A stretch of DNA of 64,000 nucleotides from a virus: IMG/VR virus record IMGVR_UViG_3300046370_000202; one strand, 5' to 3'. This document shows positions 33,301 to 40,311 of this stretch, piece after piece. The translations under genes and the position numbers were made by a program. The notes below the pieces were generated by a model. That model was given only the letters and a program-made list of their open reading frames with translations. It made no database searches and was not told the DNA's origin. Position 1 is the first letter of the stretch, and each line of letters begins with the position of its first letter.

Positions 33301-33831
33301 GCCGGCAATACGGCGAGTTGTTTCAACTGCAAGATCATTCGCAACAGAAGTTATCTGTGTTGAATTGGCTGTTAGTTGAGATGAGTTTGCAGCTAGAAGT
33401 GATTGAATGTCACTATCTGCACCTTCAAAAGCGGAAACGATCTCGACAAGAGTATCAAGTGTTTCTGGTGAAGCGCCTAAGATGGAGTCAATTTGAGTTT
33501 GTAGTGAATCTACTGCTGCTTGAGTGTCGGAGTTAACTCCTAGTGAGTCAATCTGAGTTTGTAGGGATGCAATATCTGAAATACGTGTTGCTGTTTCAGA
33601 TGCGATTGCAACTGTGTTACTGTTTACATCTATGAAAATTTGTGAATCTGAGTCGACGATAGAACTGCCTGAACCAGTGAGTGCACCTTCATCTACTAGA
33701 GATGAGACTGCGTCTGCGATGGCCCCTGCAACTATAGTACCATCAGCTCGGATTATAACGACATCATTGACGGTTAATTCACCTTTTACGTCAACGCCGT
33801 TCTGAATCCTAAACTTTTTGTTAGTATTCAT
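18334..33831 (-). CDS. Giant 5165-aa fibre/adhesin: coiled-coil shaft, four beta-propeller-like inserts, PA14-like domain
   Basis: Ala/Glu/Arg heptad repeats. 13 copies (manual count) of I-x-G-x-SPETLDT-x-x-E-(I/V)-V-x-A-F, related to the tail-fibre motif AP.ALDTL.ELA.AL. DAATK.YVD motifs. FG-GAP-like blades (FG.S.A...VGA..DD....G.VY). PA14-like GYFKAPETANFTFRINSDN. Confidence 0.85.
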   Translation of the reverse strand: MNTNKKFRIQNGVDVKGELTVNDVVIIRADGTIVAGAIADAVSSLVDEGALTGSGSSIVDSDSQIFIDVNSNTVAIASETATRISDIASLQTQIDSLGVNSDTQAAVDSLQTQIDSILGASPETLDTLVEIVSAFEGADSDIQSLLAANSSQLTANSTQITSVANDLAVETTRRIAGDNALQNSLNAEIARAITADDLNAAAITAEAVARQADVASLQASQFTYNDSDGWAGNLIPSLDNEYTLGSPDRVWKDLYIGPGSLYINGTKILEDNSGTITMYADAGQNLSFGATGGGNIDLNAGDESVQLKSDLVMSVGETISTVGGEPTKFGGAVDMGTHKVTNVGVPVDASDAATKEYVDSLNADGTITGDKVFEDNVTIEGNLTVEGTTTTLDSQTLKVADNIIDLNSNVSTGAPVLNAGIRIMRGDEPAVQLRWNELDDRWEVYDGVTATPIAVTSTDAIAEGDNKLFFTVVRAREAVSQDIADAVAAEATARGAAIDAEIARATSAEQANAAAIETEKTAREDAVTAEAAARVAGDATVQAAVDAEQAARIAADLSEAQTRAAAVSDLQSQLNTVTGSDLSSIQSQLDAIVGTSPETLDTIQEVVAAFEGADSDLTGLITGNSSTIAAVNASLTQEVSERTFAVQAEATARENADDALQSSIDAEEASRISGDSDLTASLAAEVSAREAADTAESSARVGAISAEATARVAGDATVQAAVDAETARATAAEQANATAISAEETRALAAEALLQNKIDQVEAGGQAHPLFSTMGDLPDASANHGMFAHVHAEGAAYFAHGGQWVELAKSSDLANLDLSSIQSQIDAILGSSPENLDTLQEIVAAFQSADGDLQTLMTANSSAIGDVSSLDTSASTLVDAINELHTELSDTAGADAALQQEVDARIAADTSEATSRIAGDADLAADILDEKTQRIAQASIETTARMSSDSALQAQIDAEESARLAGDASLQTFINTQSQNLTDETTSRIGADGILQNQIDDIVADNAARTASGATVAELNAVEDALDAEVVRAQLAEQANASAVVTGDAALQAQLDAIIGTSPETLDTLQEIVSAYESADNSLQNLINTNTGTLAALQTTIGAENVPLITPDIGETITYEVEYAGRQFYAVADSYNVYVYDSARSNPRVPVATIYNGGNSVHIMDMNSEAVFVRWNSNAHIVYRYELSDLVLGITSSSKNYRPAEAGGQSVSAFAVSEDYIYVHETSGTDQIWRQPLSEGGTTGAVSTYTINGLNTYKMRVFGDKLYALRTSGTDTLWVWDIDATDGSLSNAHQLTSSDLNSDTIAWGSGELTGAFEASSTLIAVGAPNDDTQGINHGSVYLFNPDNLNEPHTKLYAPPEYASSNLQFGHSIALTDTRLIVGALDASSMSTTPSSNGLMFIYDSTNLILPPLVVESPDEGVSNFARSIHEESNRLLVRSASETGIYVYDLTNMDQDPINLIEPTNSTAGGTFGNRMAISPAATVTQSITDTIIPAAGLGNSINYLESKRQELRADLEANLAAIQSNDADIAAVAADVATNTANIATNAAAIVAVDADRTAFEASVNAERQTHRDAVQADIDQVNADRTAFENTVNASQAEFILDHDSDYTSFTSSVESAFATTNELQEEIRTRMGVGHVALPQDTTSITYDRQIPDQYYVVRRGDDETYVYTSANWSSTGQNVGVSTRIQFPDEYTSNNATDQMVVTRDYAIFLVDKANVSGEHSFLVYDLETINVSSTPIAVVDCEGFDRNLEYDGGTKLMVTKYQDHSDDSLGGVRVYDIPSLASGSAIYVESMVDDLPSSLNIPGPDVTDGDLWYGNHAAWNSTHIFVALGGQRKVVVYNKSDLSFVTTLSDTVTNGSDFGRVSVRASDTMVAVTSRNGQYNWSDGTGKVAVFDATDLSIPPVIITDNNMVRHYSSSDRPDNHYYYAFNSQDQIAVHDDYLFLGNTGHFYYGNNGRVYVIPKAIALQGDSAMPSNGTNSAGLLSWKDTTWGHSDNGSDARYAHEISVHGDLFVVNAHDYRQHSFNRTNLTMIHDINDLSLAPVKIEEIDDGTTSYASTVISPRATITESYTETFNPNDSLTSAVNYLNAKKEELLTAVGALTGSASFVEDVQAIEDNIDFKLAAQDQRFDSDKAEQVAIYAQANLDQSAVYAAANAEQASIYDSANAAHVAYFEQYTDGETAAREAADTTLQTNIDTEESARIAGDSNLQSQIDAILGASPDHLDTMVEIVSAFENADSDISNLLSTNATNNAVNATAISALESSVEAIASATEVDLDAKVPFVFVKKPEANTVLAYNGNNLNLSPIELTPNRESGETVDADMGYGVDVAVSSTKVVVAASNGEFFVYDASDLFSAPTIINSGVTSGDFGSSIVMTDDVIAISSVSDSSYGTVKLYDASSYALLSTIEPSVGSAGMGYGHSMAIRGTTLVVSSPKQQMTMESVVSVGFLYVYDITNPASSSLVATLRGPNSDVGIIGGSVTMNDRWIATSLTDKAVVWDRLNLSESPKVFSTGGLESGLTQGGLWGAKRSGQGGWSSGIDMPLSNASLYTNQINLGDEGDYYSYQFVGYFKAPETANFTFRINSDNQGLMWIGENALMNTSNRGTAEAIIYQTNVGTDTATVSMVEGEMYPILLSFTENVAGAWFQFTWQGGAQTSYTYDLTQHFYYYADEANFSPAHIPVNSIEPIILEDNKMYIGSYNGVSIWNDISTVNTTDYTDWKQAVAADSQVVAPNNEDQFGVAIGLMSGFLFVGSNSQSISVFEVANLDNPPNVKLIDSVSRNLESVPAELAPPVAEGLLTNADSTIGAINEVHNELDAEVVRALGIEAGLRTDVDANAATINTNIVDIANETSARVAGDSVLQAQIDNIVGTSPETLDTIQEVVSAFQNADNDIQTLISNNSTHLLSLENEISGGAGLTNLPNVMTEISRTVYQDQYMIVSGNKNSGSVYVFDANNPTEQPVKLTHPDGITGGYFGHAAAVVREYLVISDPYDDTIVSNQGAVFVYEIADLTIPPVRLHPNITSEADMQFGWDVTGTDEFIIVGCPGDDYTVPEASNTNTGSVYLFDVNNLGLSPTVLTPTHSQIELYGNSNDADNDDNTYFGRRVEVIDNMLVVGADNYGERDGFTGEYSGGHTEQYSSGSLRGYYGAIYTYDLTNLLNSGSSISNLSAINWHNDNYYNKYYASGESPSRGYGQYGIAMSSTHIFVGMPYDDYDPDGGKYDVGLISIHPRSNDYGVSSDYRFIRAPDWYEQNQNFGWDLATDENYLYVGVPYDDNPYGVNAGQVLVYELEGLYDNATQAGSYAPPPVFTLNAPDASAGDNFGYKISVNGGKLAVAAPYDDDQGTNSGAVYIYQTNLLTGVPVKITPSDLVDQDTTTTEQSFGYRSLSLTLASGAVEITEHVLPNSGISTGMNYLMHRTNQLEQLANDVNVNAYNYANNISVAQEGYGIGIADNAAAIATETTARADGDAAQQVEIDSLTTITTDLTSQLSAEISRSTTEDTILTQRVDILSSALQPDSDGDIRVEGLATFSDGISVGTSGGAIGHDPLSDAITIMSDLDMNEHQVLNIAEPTVDKDVTTKLYVDTQVSNEETRATTVETDLQAQIDHIVGTSPETLDTFQEIVSTLQGSDSDLLALMTSNATGVGGLNASLTTETANREAADTVLQSNIDAEEASRIAGDSDLQSQIDSNDTDISNLDSDVGAVSSLATTATTVVGAINEVHSELDAEVIRAVSAENAEETRALAAEGVLQSNINTESSSRIAGDASLQSQIDGLSNTQVADKGGLEVSLATEVARATLAEGALQSAIDAEELRATTAEGVNAAAVVTEQSRAEAVEAGLAADIAVETARATAAETQLANHLGANFTDGSITVDGLATFNGGLYFGDGTGTIGFNADVDNLQVLSNLDLMGNRIINYPTPVDSGDVTTKGYVDATTQAVSDRVDAILQGAGESLDTIVEVVAAFENADSDIQSLITSNSTSVTANTDAINAEVAARQQAITDEASARRNADSDLSAGLSNETSRALSAEGVLTSDLAAEVARATSAETGLASDIAAETSRATAAEGVNAQAIADETTRATTVEASLAQDIADESLRAQGAEAVLTSDVSANATAISGLQSQVAGVSTSSGSSNIEMSAEVDMSGNKITDMADPTAAQDAATKSYVDATVATEATSRTTEDTSLQSNIDAANARIDAILNGSVESLDTVVEVVSAFEGADSDIQNLITANASTISQNAAAIATEATDRANADSDEAALRVAGDAVLTADLAAEVARAQTAESAETSARVAADSDLQTQIDFIKENTDPAALDSLTELVSAFQDADSDVTTMVASNASAIAATNARTAGISVDSDSNVALSVGIEMGQNNIKDVNDVYANRAFIDTIESNDLKVQTGTVDFEGSIVNFGSSTIIGGGFGNATKAEIDQHLNVSAADSGEFLKWNGTDYEFTDYIQGRIASNQIVVEGTLKVEQPGSTIDWQDGLVHFGGSQVIVDEPTSANLAANKRYVDEADSDLNALLSTAISNEESRATTAEGVLTTNLANEISRATSAEATLASDISAEESRALAAEAAEASTRADADSDLQSAIDAEVARATAAEAVNAQAVVDEGTARTTADNTLQSNIDTVSGRVDAILNGSSESLDTIVEVVAAFENADSDLQTLISSNAGSHTANAAAITAEETRALTAEGVLQSAIDAEETRATGVETDLQSQITSEVAARSAADQSMREDLDSDIAAEAALRVAGDASLQSGLDVEVARATAAEGVLQSLLDSEQSARILSDQGLQSAITAEENARIAADAVLQSAIDAEELARTSADNALQANINAVDAAVTAITNGSPETLNQLVEVVAAFEDADSDLQTVISNLGGDASALTARVSTLESEMDATELATTSNANAISAETVARVAAVQVNADAITAESTARAAAITAEQNARAAAIVASESDRDSADAELQSQIDALSAEETAGKSSLQFQLGQEEDARIAGDSDLTDSLAAEVARATAAESALSSDISAEESARVSADASLQSQIDFIVSNTDSASLDSLTEIVAEFQSVDGTLSGLISSNGSRITSLETNVGTINSWTTDNLSEGSINKYWTEQRTKDCLSGGLCIDYNSTTGEIAIDEVEAASSLTVAESHDANALGGQAPTYYRINVYDAAGNLVN

Positions 33832-33862
33832 TGCTTATACCTTTTTTGGCTATGTGGGAAAT

Positions 33863-33885
33863 GGGGGTGGACTGATTCCACCCCC
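33863..33885 (-). promoter_or_regulatory. GC-rich hairpin between the two coiled-coil fibre genes
   Basis: GGGGGTGGA-ATCAG-TCCACCCCC followed by ATTT; resembles the 10186 hairpin. Confidence 0.55.
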
Positions 33886-33913
33886 GAAGTTATGATTTAG
33901 AAATTATAATATA

Positions 33914-36900
33914 TTATACGTCAACGTGAGTGGCAGTGACCTTAACGGTTGCACCAGCACTTACAGCTGTGTATGTTAGTTCTACTGAACCATTTGTCAT
34001 TTGAACGTCGGTATCACCTAGCAGACCTGCGCCTGTATAAACGATTCCGTACTCTGTTATATATGCATTGGTTCCGTCGTGGATTACCATGCACTCACGT
34101 ACTTCGTGTTGACCGCCTAGATCTACAGTTACGATGAACTTAGCAGAACGATGGACAGTTGAATCAAACGAAGATACGACAACAGCAGATGTACCTACAG
34201 CAACATCTTCACCCTGAATGAATGCCTTGATTTCGTCAGCTAGTGTTTCAGCACCAACAGACTTAGGATCTAGGACACCAACCGAGTTAGTAGACTGAGC
34301 GATAACAACCGCCTGTGTACCGACTGGGATAGCAGAAGTGAATGTGATTGTCTGATTAGGACCATCAATTGTGTAGTGAGTTGTTGGATCCTGAATAACA
34401 CCACCAACAAACACGAACGAGTTCTGGTTAGTAGTTGCGAAATCTAGTGCAAATACTGTTTGTGAACCGTCACCGCTTAGTGTCTGACGTTGTGCGTCAT
34501 TGAACTGAAGTTGAGTTGGATCAACAAGCTCGATACCAGTACCGTCTGTACGTACGCGAGCAACATATCCTGCCTTTGCAGTACCTAGAGATGAATCAGT
34601 AACGTCTTCCAACTCAACGAATGCCTTACCAGTTGATACTGATAGAACACCTGTTGAACTGTTGTAAGATACGTCGCCTTCACCATCTACGTCTGTGACA
34701 GAGATTGAAGCACGAGCACGTGCTGGAGTAAAGTATTCGTTATCGCCTTCACTTAGATCAGTAGTTGAGAATACAGAGATATGCTGTGCAGCAAGTCCTG
34801 CATCCATCTGACCTTTGTTGACTGCGTCTGTTGCGTCAGTACCGTTTGCAACCGCAACAACCTTGTTTGAACCCATGTTCAAAACACCAGTCATTGTGTC
34901 GCCAGACTTTGATACCTTAGTATCTACTGCAGCTTGTAGAATTACGTCAGCAGCAGCAAACTCTGCACGGATCGCAGCGTCTTCTGAAACACGTGTTGAA
35001 GTTTCAGTAGCAATTGCAGTCGCGTTAGCAGCGATGTCTGTTTGGTTCTGTGATACTAGACCTGTTAGAGTACCGTCTGCAGCTTGGAAAGCAGCAACGA
35101 TTTCTGTTAGTGAGTCTAGTGCAGCAGAGTCAGTGTTTGACTTAATGAAGTCAACTTGTGACTGTAGAGATGTTTCAACACCCTGTGCACGAGTTGATTC
35201 AGCAGCGATTGCTGCAGCGTTAGTTGCGATGTCGCCTGCGTTTGCAACTTCAGCAGCCGTTGCACGGGCAACTTCTGCCGCTAGAGATGCAGTTAGATCT
35301 GAATCGCCAGCAATACGTGCAGCTTCTTCTGCATCAATCTGTGCCTGAAGTGAAGACTCTTTTGATAAACGACCAGTATCTACTGCTTTGATCGCTGCGT
35401 CCAACTTCTGGTCTGCATCTGCAAGAGATGTAGATAGATTGATGTAGTTAGTGCCGGATGGAGTTGCATAAGTGCCGTCAGCATTAACGCCAGCAGCTGT
35501 TTGTGTTGCAGTCATTTCACCTTCAACGACTGTTAGACGTGAGTCTAGAGCGTTGTCAGCAACTTGACGTGCGTTTGTTTCTGTAGTGATCTTACCGTCT
35601 AGGACGTTATCCGCATTCTCACGTAGAGTAGCTTCGTTTGCAACGATGCCGTCTGCGTAAGTCTTAGCATTTGCTTCTGCAGTGTCAGCCTTAGTAGTAG
35701 CGTCTGTTGCCGCTTCTGACTTGACTACAGCGTCTGCCGCGATGTATGCGTTAGTTACTACCACATCTGCCGCAGCGAACTCAGAACGGATTGCAGAGTC
35801 TTCTAGGACACGTGTTGCAATTTCAGAAACAAGAGCATCTGAATCTGCGTCTGCGCGAGCAACAGCAGCTGCAAGACCTGCAGTGTTAACGTCTGTCTCG
35901 CCGTGTACTTCGTTGATTGCACCAGTTAGAGTCTGTGCAGTTGTGTCTAGAGTTTCTTCTGCAGAACCGATCTTCGCTTCTAGAGCGTCGATGTCTGCTT
36001 CGTTAACTGTTAGACGACCTGCTTGTAGACCCTGTTCTGTTTCTAGAGCAGTCGCACGACCTTCTAGTGAAGTAGAACGAGATTCTAGATCAGTTGCACG
36101 TAGTTCAAGAGCATCGATGTCTGCTTCGTTGACTGTTAGACGACCAGAGTTTGCAGAAATAACATTCTGTAGGTCTGAGTCTGCGTCTTCAAATGCAGCT
36201 ACGATTTCTTGTAGTGTGTCTAGAGTTTCTGGTGAAGTACCAACAATCGCATCAACACGACCAGTTACTGCGTCAACGTCAGTACGTAGACCACCTTCAA
36301 CGCCAGTAGCGCGAGTAGTTTCGTCTGCGATTGCAGTAGCGTTGGCTTGTTCTGCAGCCTGTGCACGTGTAACTTCAATTGTTAGATCAGCTGCGTTCTG
36401 TGCGATTGCAGCAGTGTTTGTGTTAACGTCTGAACGTAGACCACCTTCAATACCAGTAGCACGAGCAACTTCTGCTGCAAGTGATGCTGTTAGATCGGAG
36501 TCTGCGCTAGCACGTGTAACGGCTTCTGCATCAATGTTGTTCTGCAATGCAGTGTCTGCGTTTGCACGAGCAACTGCTTCTGCGTCGATGTTAGACTGTA
36601 GAGTCGCATCACCAGCAGCACGAGCAACTTCTTCTGCACGTAGATCAGTTTCGTTTTGATCAGCAAGTGCTTCTACTGCATCCATCTCACCTTCTAGCGC
36701 AGTAGTGCGTAGAGAAAGTGCGTCGTCTGCAGCTGAACGAGTTGCAGCTTCTGCAGTAACTTGTGCAGTAGTGAAGTCGTTTGCTTCTTGCTTAGCAGTT
36801 AGGATACGTGCAGTAACAGTGTTACCGACAGTTCCGTCTACTGTTGCGTCACCGATTAGGGCAGCGTCTTGTGCATCAGCGTGTGCAATTGCAGCCGCTT

Positions 36901-38539
36901 GATGTAGATCTGCTTCTTGATCAGTGTATGCTTTTGCAGCGAATAGTACGTCTGAGTCGCGATCGATGTAATCTAGAGTGATGTTATCAATCTGTGTCTG
37001 TAGACCAGCATCTGCAGTACCACGAGTCGCCGCTTCTGCGTCAATCGCGTTCTGTAGTGCAGTGTCTGCAGAAGCACGTACAGACGCTTCCGTTGAAATA
37101 GCAGTAGTGTTAGATGATACTAGTGCAGAGATGTCTGAGTCCGCATCTACAAATGCAGAGACGATCTCTTCTAGTGTATCTAGAGTTTCTGGTGAAGCAC
37201 CAAGGATTGTTGTAACTTGTGATTGAACAGCGTCAACGTCAGTACGTAGACCAGATTCAACACCAGTTGCACGAACAACTTCTGCCGCTAGGTCAGATGT
37301 TAGTACGCCTTCCGCAGCAGTCGCACGAGCGATTTCAGCGTCAAGACCTGCTTGTAGGTCAGAGTCGCCTGCAATACGTGCAGCTTCTTCTGCAGCAACA
37401 CCTGAATCAGCGTGTGACTTAGATGCAGCTTCTGCAGATGCGATACGGTCAGTTACAGTGTTTCCTGTAGTACCATCTACAGTCGCATCGCCGATCAATA
37501 GATCATCGTGTGCTTTTGCAGATACTAGAGTTGCAGCGTCACCAGAGTTGATCAATGCAGTCATGTCAGTGCGGACTTGTGTGTCAGCAGTTGCACGTGC
37601 AGAGATTTCGTCTTGGATAGATTGTGCGTTTGCAGCTTCTGCCGCTGTTGCACGAGTTTCTTCGTCTGCGATATCCTGAGCGTTAACCGCTTCAGCCGCA
37701 GTTGCACGAACGATCTCAGCAGCAAGGTCAGATTGTAGAGTGTCTACATTACCTTCTTCTGTGGTTAGTCGAACGTTTAGTGCGTTGTCAGCAGCGATAC
37801 GAGCAGCTTCTTCTGCAGTAAGTGCAGTCTGAAGTGCAGTGTCGCCAGCAGTACGTGCAGATACTTCTGCAGTGATCTGACCTTGTAGATCAGCTTCTGC
37901 AGTTGTTGCACGTGTAACCTCGTTAGAGATTGCAGTTGAGTTTGCAATAGTAGATGCAGTCAATACGCTATCTGCGTTTTGGAATGCAACGACGATTTCT
38001 GCAAGTGAGTCAAGTGCAGCTGGGTCAGTATTGCTAACAATGTTGTCAATACGAGTGGTTAGAGCTGAATCTGCAGTTTGGTATGCAAGTTCAATTGCAT
38101 CTTCACGTGCTACTGCACGAGTAACTTCTGCAGCAAGATCAGCAGTGAGTGTTGCGTCAGCAGCGATACGAGCAGCTTCTTCCGCGTCAATGTTTTGTTG
38201 TAGTAGAGTTTCAGCCGCTGATGCGCGTGAAGATTCAGTTGCTACCGCGTCTGCGATATCTTGTGCGACTGCTTCTTTAGCACGTGCGTCAGTGAAGTAC
38301 TTAGATGAATTTTCGGTAGTGCCTTCAGAGATGTCGTCCGTAGAGAACGATGCGATGAAGTCATCTGCGCCAATTTTCTTAAGTGAGTCTGAACCTACAT
38401 CGTACAATAGGGTAAAACAATCTGCAGGGTTAACCATTCCCTGTAGTTCGGCTTGCCCCTGTACCGCGCTCTCATCAAGTTTTGTATTGATGACGGCCTT
38501 GTCGGCCAGAGCAGGTGATTTAATTTGCCTAAATGCCAT
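33914..38539 (-). CDS. 1541-aa coiled-coil fibre protein, shaft paralogous to the giant fibre
   Basis: Same E-x-x-R-A-x-x-A-E heptads, four LD(T/S)L.EIV.AF motifs, STDD(I/L)SEG..N.YFT..RA motif, KSGDTMTG.LNMG, C-terminal beta domains. Confidence 0.82.
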   Translation of the reverse strand: MAFRQIKSPALADKAVINTKLDESAVQGQAELQGMVNPADCFTLLYDVGSDSLKKIGADDFIASFSTDDISEGTTENSSKYFTDARAKEAVAQDIADAVATESSRASAAETLLQQNIDAEEAARIAADATLTADLAAEVTRAVAREDAIELAYQTADSALTTRIDNIVSNTDPAALDSLAEIVVAFQNADSVLTASTIANSTAISNEVTRATTAEADLQGQITAEVSARTAGDTALQTALTAEEAARIAADNALNVRLTTEEGNVDTLQSDLAAEIVRATAAEAVNAQDIADEETRATAAEAANAQSIQDEISARATADTQVRTDMTALINSGDAATLVSAKAHDDLLIGDATVDGTTGNTVTDRIASAEAASKSHADSGVAAEEAARIAGDSDLQAGLDAEIARATAAEGVLTSDLAAEVVRATGVESGLRTDVDAVQSQVTTILGASPETLDTLEEIVSAFVDADSDISALVSSNTTAISTEASVRASADTALQNAIDAEAATRGTADAGLQTQIDNITLDYIDRDSDVLFAAKAYTDQEADLHQAAAIAHADAQDAALIGDATVDGTVGNTVTARILTAKQEANDFTTAQVTAEAATRSAADDALSLRTTALEGEMDAVEALADQNETDLRAEEVARAAGDATLQSNIDAEAVARANADTALQNNIDAEAVTRASADSDLTASLAAEVARATGIEGGLRSDVNTNTAAIAQNAADLTIEVTRAQAAEQANATAIADETTRATGVEGGLRTDVDAVTGRVDAIVGTSPETLDTLQEIVAAFEDADSDLQNVISANSGRLTVNEADIDALELRATDLESRSTSLEGRATALETEQGLQAGRLTVNEADIDALEAKIGSAEETLDTTAQTLTGAINEVHGETDVNTAGLAAAVARADADSDALVSEIATRVLEDSAIRSEFAAADVVVTNAYIAADAVVKSEAATDATTKADTAEANAKTYADGIVANEATLRENADNVLDGKITTETNARQVADNALDSRLTVVEGEMTATQTAAGVNADGTYATPSGTNYINLSTSLADADQKLDAAIKAVDTGRLSKESSLQAQIDAEEAARIAGDSDLTASLAAEVARATAAEVANAGDIATNAAAIAAESTRAQGVETSLQSQVDFIKSNTDSAALDSLTEIVAAFQAADGTLTGLVSQNQTDIAANATAIATETSTRVSEDAAIRAEFAAADVILQAAVDTKVSKSGDTMTGVLNMGSNKVVAVANGTDATDAVNKGQMDAGLAAQHISVFSTTDLSEGDNEYFTPARARASISVTDVDGEGDVSYNSSTGVLSVSTGKAFVELEDVTDSSLGTAKAGYVARVRTDGTGIELVDPTQLQFNDAQRQTLSGDGSQTVFALDFATTNQNSFVFVGGVIQDPTTHYTIDGPNQTITFTSAIPVGTQAVVIAQSTNSVGVLDPKSVGAETLADEIKAFIQGEDVAVGTSAVVVSSFDSTVHRSAKFIVTVDLGGQHEVRECMVIHDGTNAYITEYGIVYTGAGLLGDTDVQMTNGSVELTYTAVSAGATVKVTATHVDV

Positions 38540-38589
38540 TAGGTAATCTCCTAGGTTAGTGGTTTTGGAATTAAACGTTTAATAATATA

Positions 38590-38949
38590 CTAACGAAATT
38601 TAATGTAGATGTCCGTCCCTACTGGGGGGATCTCAAAAAACTGAATAGTATTCTCAATTGTTTCATAGATTTCTTCAGGATGCTGAAGAACATCGTTAAC
38701 CCAGACATCAATTAGATCATCACGAGATGGGATACCATTCAAAGTAAATACTGCAGTGTCGCCTGGAGCAATGATAGACTGTGCTTCAGGAATGACAGTG
38801 CGTTCATTGGTTGATGAAGAGGTACCTTCGATATAATCGAATAATGCGGTTTCTTGGCCGGGTGTCGCAGAAACTTCTTCTTGTTTTTGTTTAGCTAAGT
38901 TGAAAAGACTTTCGGCAAGTACCCTGTTGAAGGATTTATTATTGATCAT
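38590..38949 (-). CDS. Small virion-type beta-sandwich protein
   Basis: GDTAVFTL...VWVNDVLQHP...Y...TIQF...P..G module, also present in the neighbouring fibre genes. Confidence 0.6.
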   Translation of the reverse strand: MINNKSFNRVLAESLFNLAKQKQEEVSATPGQETALFDYIEGTSSSTNERTVIPEAQSIIAPGDTAVFTLNGIPSRDDLIDVWVNDVLQHPEEIYETIENTIQFFEIPPVGTDIYIKFR

Positions 38950-38986
38950 ATCTTTGGAATACTACGTCTGATTAATATACTGTCTT

Positions 38987-38994
38987 TATTTATA
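38987..38994 (-). promoter_or_regulatory. T4-type late promoter TATAAATA for the fibre operon
   Basis: Exact motif, intergenic. Confidence 0.8.
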
Positions 38995-39026
38995 TTAAAA
39001 ACGAGTTCAAAGCGTATTTTTATTTT

Positions 39027-39908
39027 TTATGACTGCCTGAACTGTAGTAATTCTTGTAATAACTCTGTGACATCTTGTAGATCACTGTCCAGATTATTAA
39101 TTCTGGCGTGTAATACGTCTACTTCAGTTTGTGTAGTGACACTCTGGCCATTCAATGTATAGTTACCAAGAAGTTGAACTCCAGTATCGTCCAGAACAAG
39201 TCTATCATCATTTTGGTGTTGTATCTTGAACTGACTATCGTTAAACCCTAAGTGTTTAATAATAGTGTCAGTACCATTATGATAAAAACGAGTTTCTTCG
39301 TTGGTGCCTACAATAAAGGCAAAGTGGTCATCTATGATGAGGTCGTTTCCAAAAGAAACGCCAGTAGAATTGTAGGCTGCTACCTGAACTACCTGTTCAT
39401 CGCCTACAATGTGTGTAAGGGAGATCGTGTCTCCGTCATTCGCAACGTAGTCTATTCCTTGATGGAGTAAGACACCGTTCAAATATACTTGAATTCTTGA
39501 TGGACTGTTTGGGTCTGGGTCATACTGTAGTACGTTCCCAGCGTCATCTGCACCCGTTATAACTTCTAATGTTCCGTCAGAGGTATAAATGTATGCGTTG
39601 AATGTAGTTGTCGCAGAGAGACTATCGTCCCCTACAGCGCCAATCTCTACAATCGTTTGAACTCCACCATCATACTCTCGTTTGATGTAGAGCTTTCCGT
39701 CTTGAGTATTTATACCGATCTCGCCCAGTTTTAACTCTTCAATACTGGGAATATCACCAAGACCGTCAAACGTCTTGATGTTCGCACCGATGTTCTGTAC
39801 GACATTACTGATAGGTCGGCCGACCGTGACTCTCTTAACCTTGGTTCCAGAACCAAACCCACTGATAGACGATACGCCTGTGACTCCACCGATTCTACGT
39901 ATAGGCAT
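39027..39908 (-). CDS. Tail-fibre-associated structural protein
   Basis: IPS..L.LGEIGINTQDGKLYIK (common phage fibre N-terminal motif), VYLNGVLL..G.DY module, short C-terminal coiled coil. Confidence 0.65.
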   Translation of the reverse strand: MPIRRIGGVTGVSSISGFGSGTKVKRVTVGRPISNVVQNIGANIKTFDGLGDIPSIEELKLGEIGINTQDGKLYIKREYDGGVQTIVEIGAVGDDSLSATTTFNAYIYTSDGTLEVITGADDAGNVLQYDPDPNSPSRIQVYLNGVLLHQGIDYVANDGDTISLTHIVGDEQVVQVAAYNSTGVSFGNDLIIDDHFAFIVGTNEETRFYHNGTDTIIKHLGFNDSQFKIQHQNDDRLVLDDTGVQLLGNYTLNGQSVTTQTEVDVLHARINNLDSDLQDVTELLQELLQFRQS

Positions 39909-39912
39909 GTCG

Positions 39913-40263
39913 TTACCTCGTTACAGAAGGGTTGACTTTTATCTTACCTTCTAGTATTCTTTCTATGATAGTATGTCCGTCTTCATCAACGAAACTGATC
40001 TCAACATCATAGACGTATCTACCACGAGTGGATAGGGCATCGGTTTGCAAGTTAGTTAAGGATATTGTAACGATGCCCTCTAAAGGAGGAGTGGGTATTA
40101 CAGCCGTGAAGTCAATTGACTCTGTACTTCTGTAAGTTTTTTTCAGTTTGGCGGCCGCTGAATAACCAGTAAGATCTTTCTTAGATCCGTCCGGATTCAC
40201 TAACTCTATCTGTAGAGCTAGGTCCGCACCTTGATCAATTGTAAAATCTTCGTAAGTCGCCAT
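39913..40263 (-). CDS. Conserved small phage structural/adaptor protein, Ig-like
   Basis: IDQGAD, DLTGY, G.VTISLT..QT..L..GRYVYDVEI, RILEG.I.V.P.VTR family signature. Confidence 0.7.
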   Translation of the reverse strand: MATYEDFTIDQGADLALQIELVNPDGSKKDLTGYSAAAKLKKTYRSTESIDFTAVIPTPPLEGIVTISLTNLQTDALSTRGRYVYDVEISFVDEDGHTIIERILEGKIKVNPSVTR

Positions 40264-40299
40264 TATGGTTAAACCCTAAGTGTTATAAACTTCTGTTTC

Positions 40300-40307
40300 T
40301 ATTTATA
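40300..40307 (-). promoter_or_regulatory. T4-type late promoter TATAAATA
   Basis: Exact motif, just past the stop of the 234-aa gene. Confidence 0.78.
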
Positions 40308-40311
40308 ACAC

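Noticed and set aside
18545-38546. Many plus-strand Ser/Ala/Arg-rich ORFs (e.g. 20738..21562, 35682..36659)
   Set aside because: Antisense to the Ala-rich fibre genes, low complexity, no RBS or promoter support.
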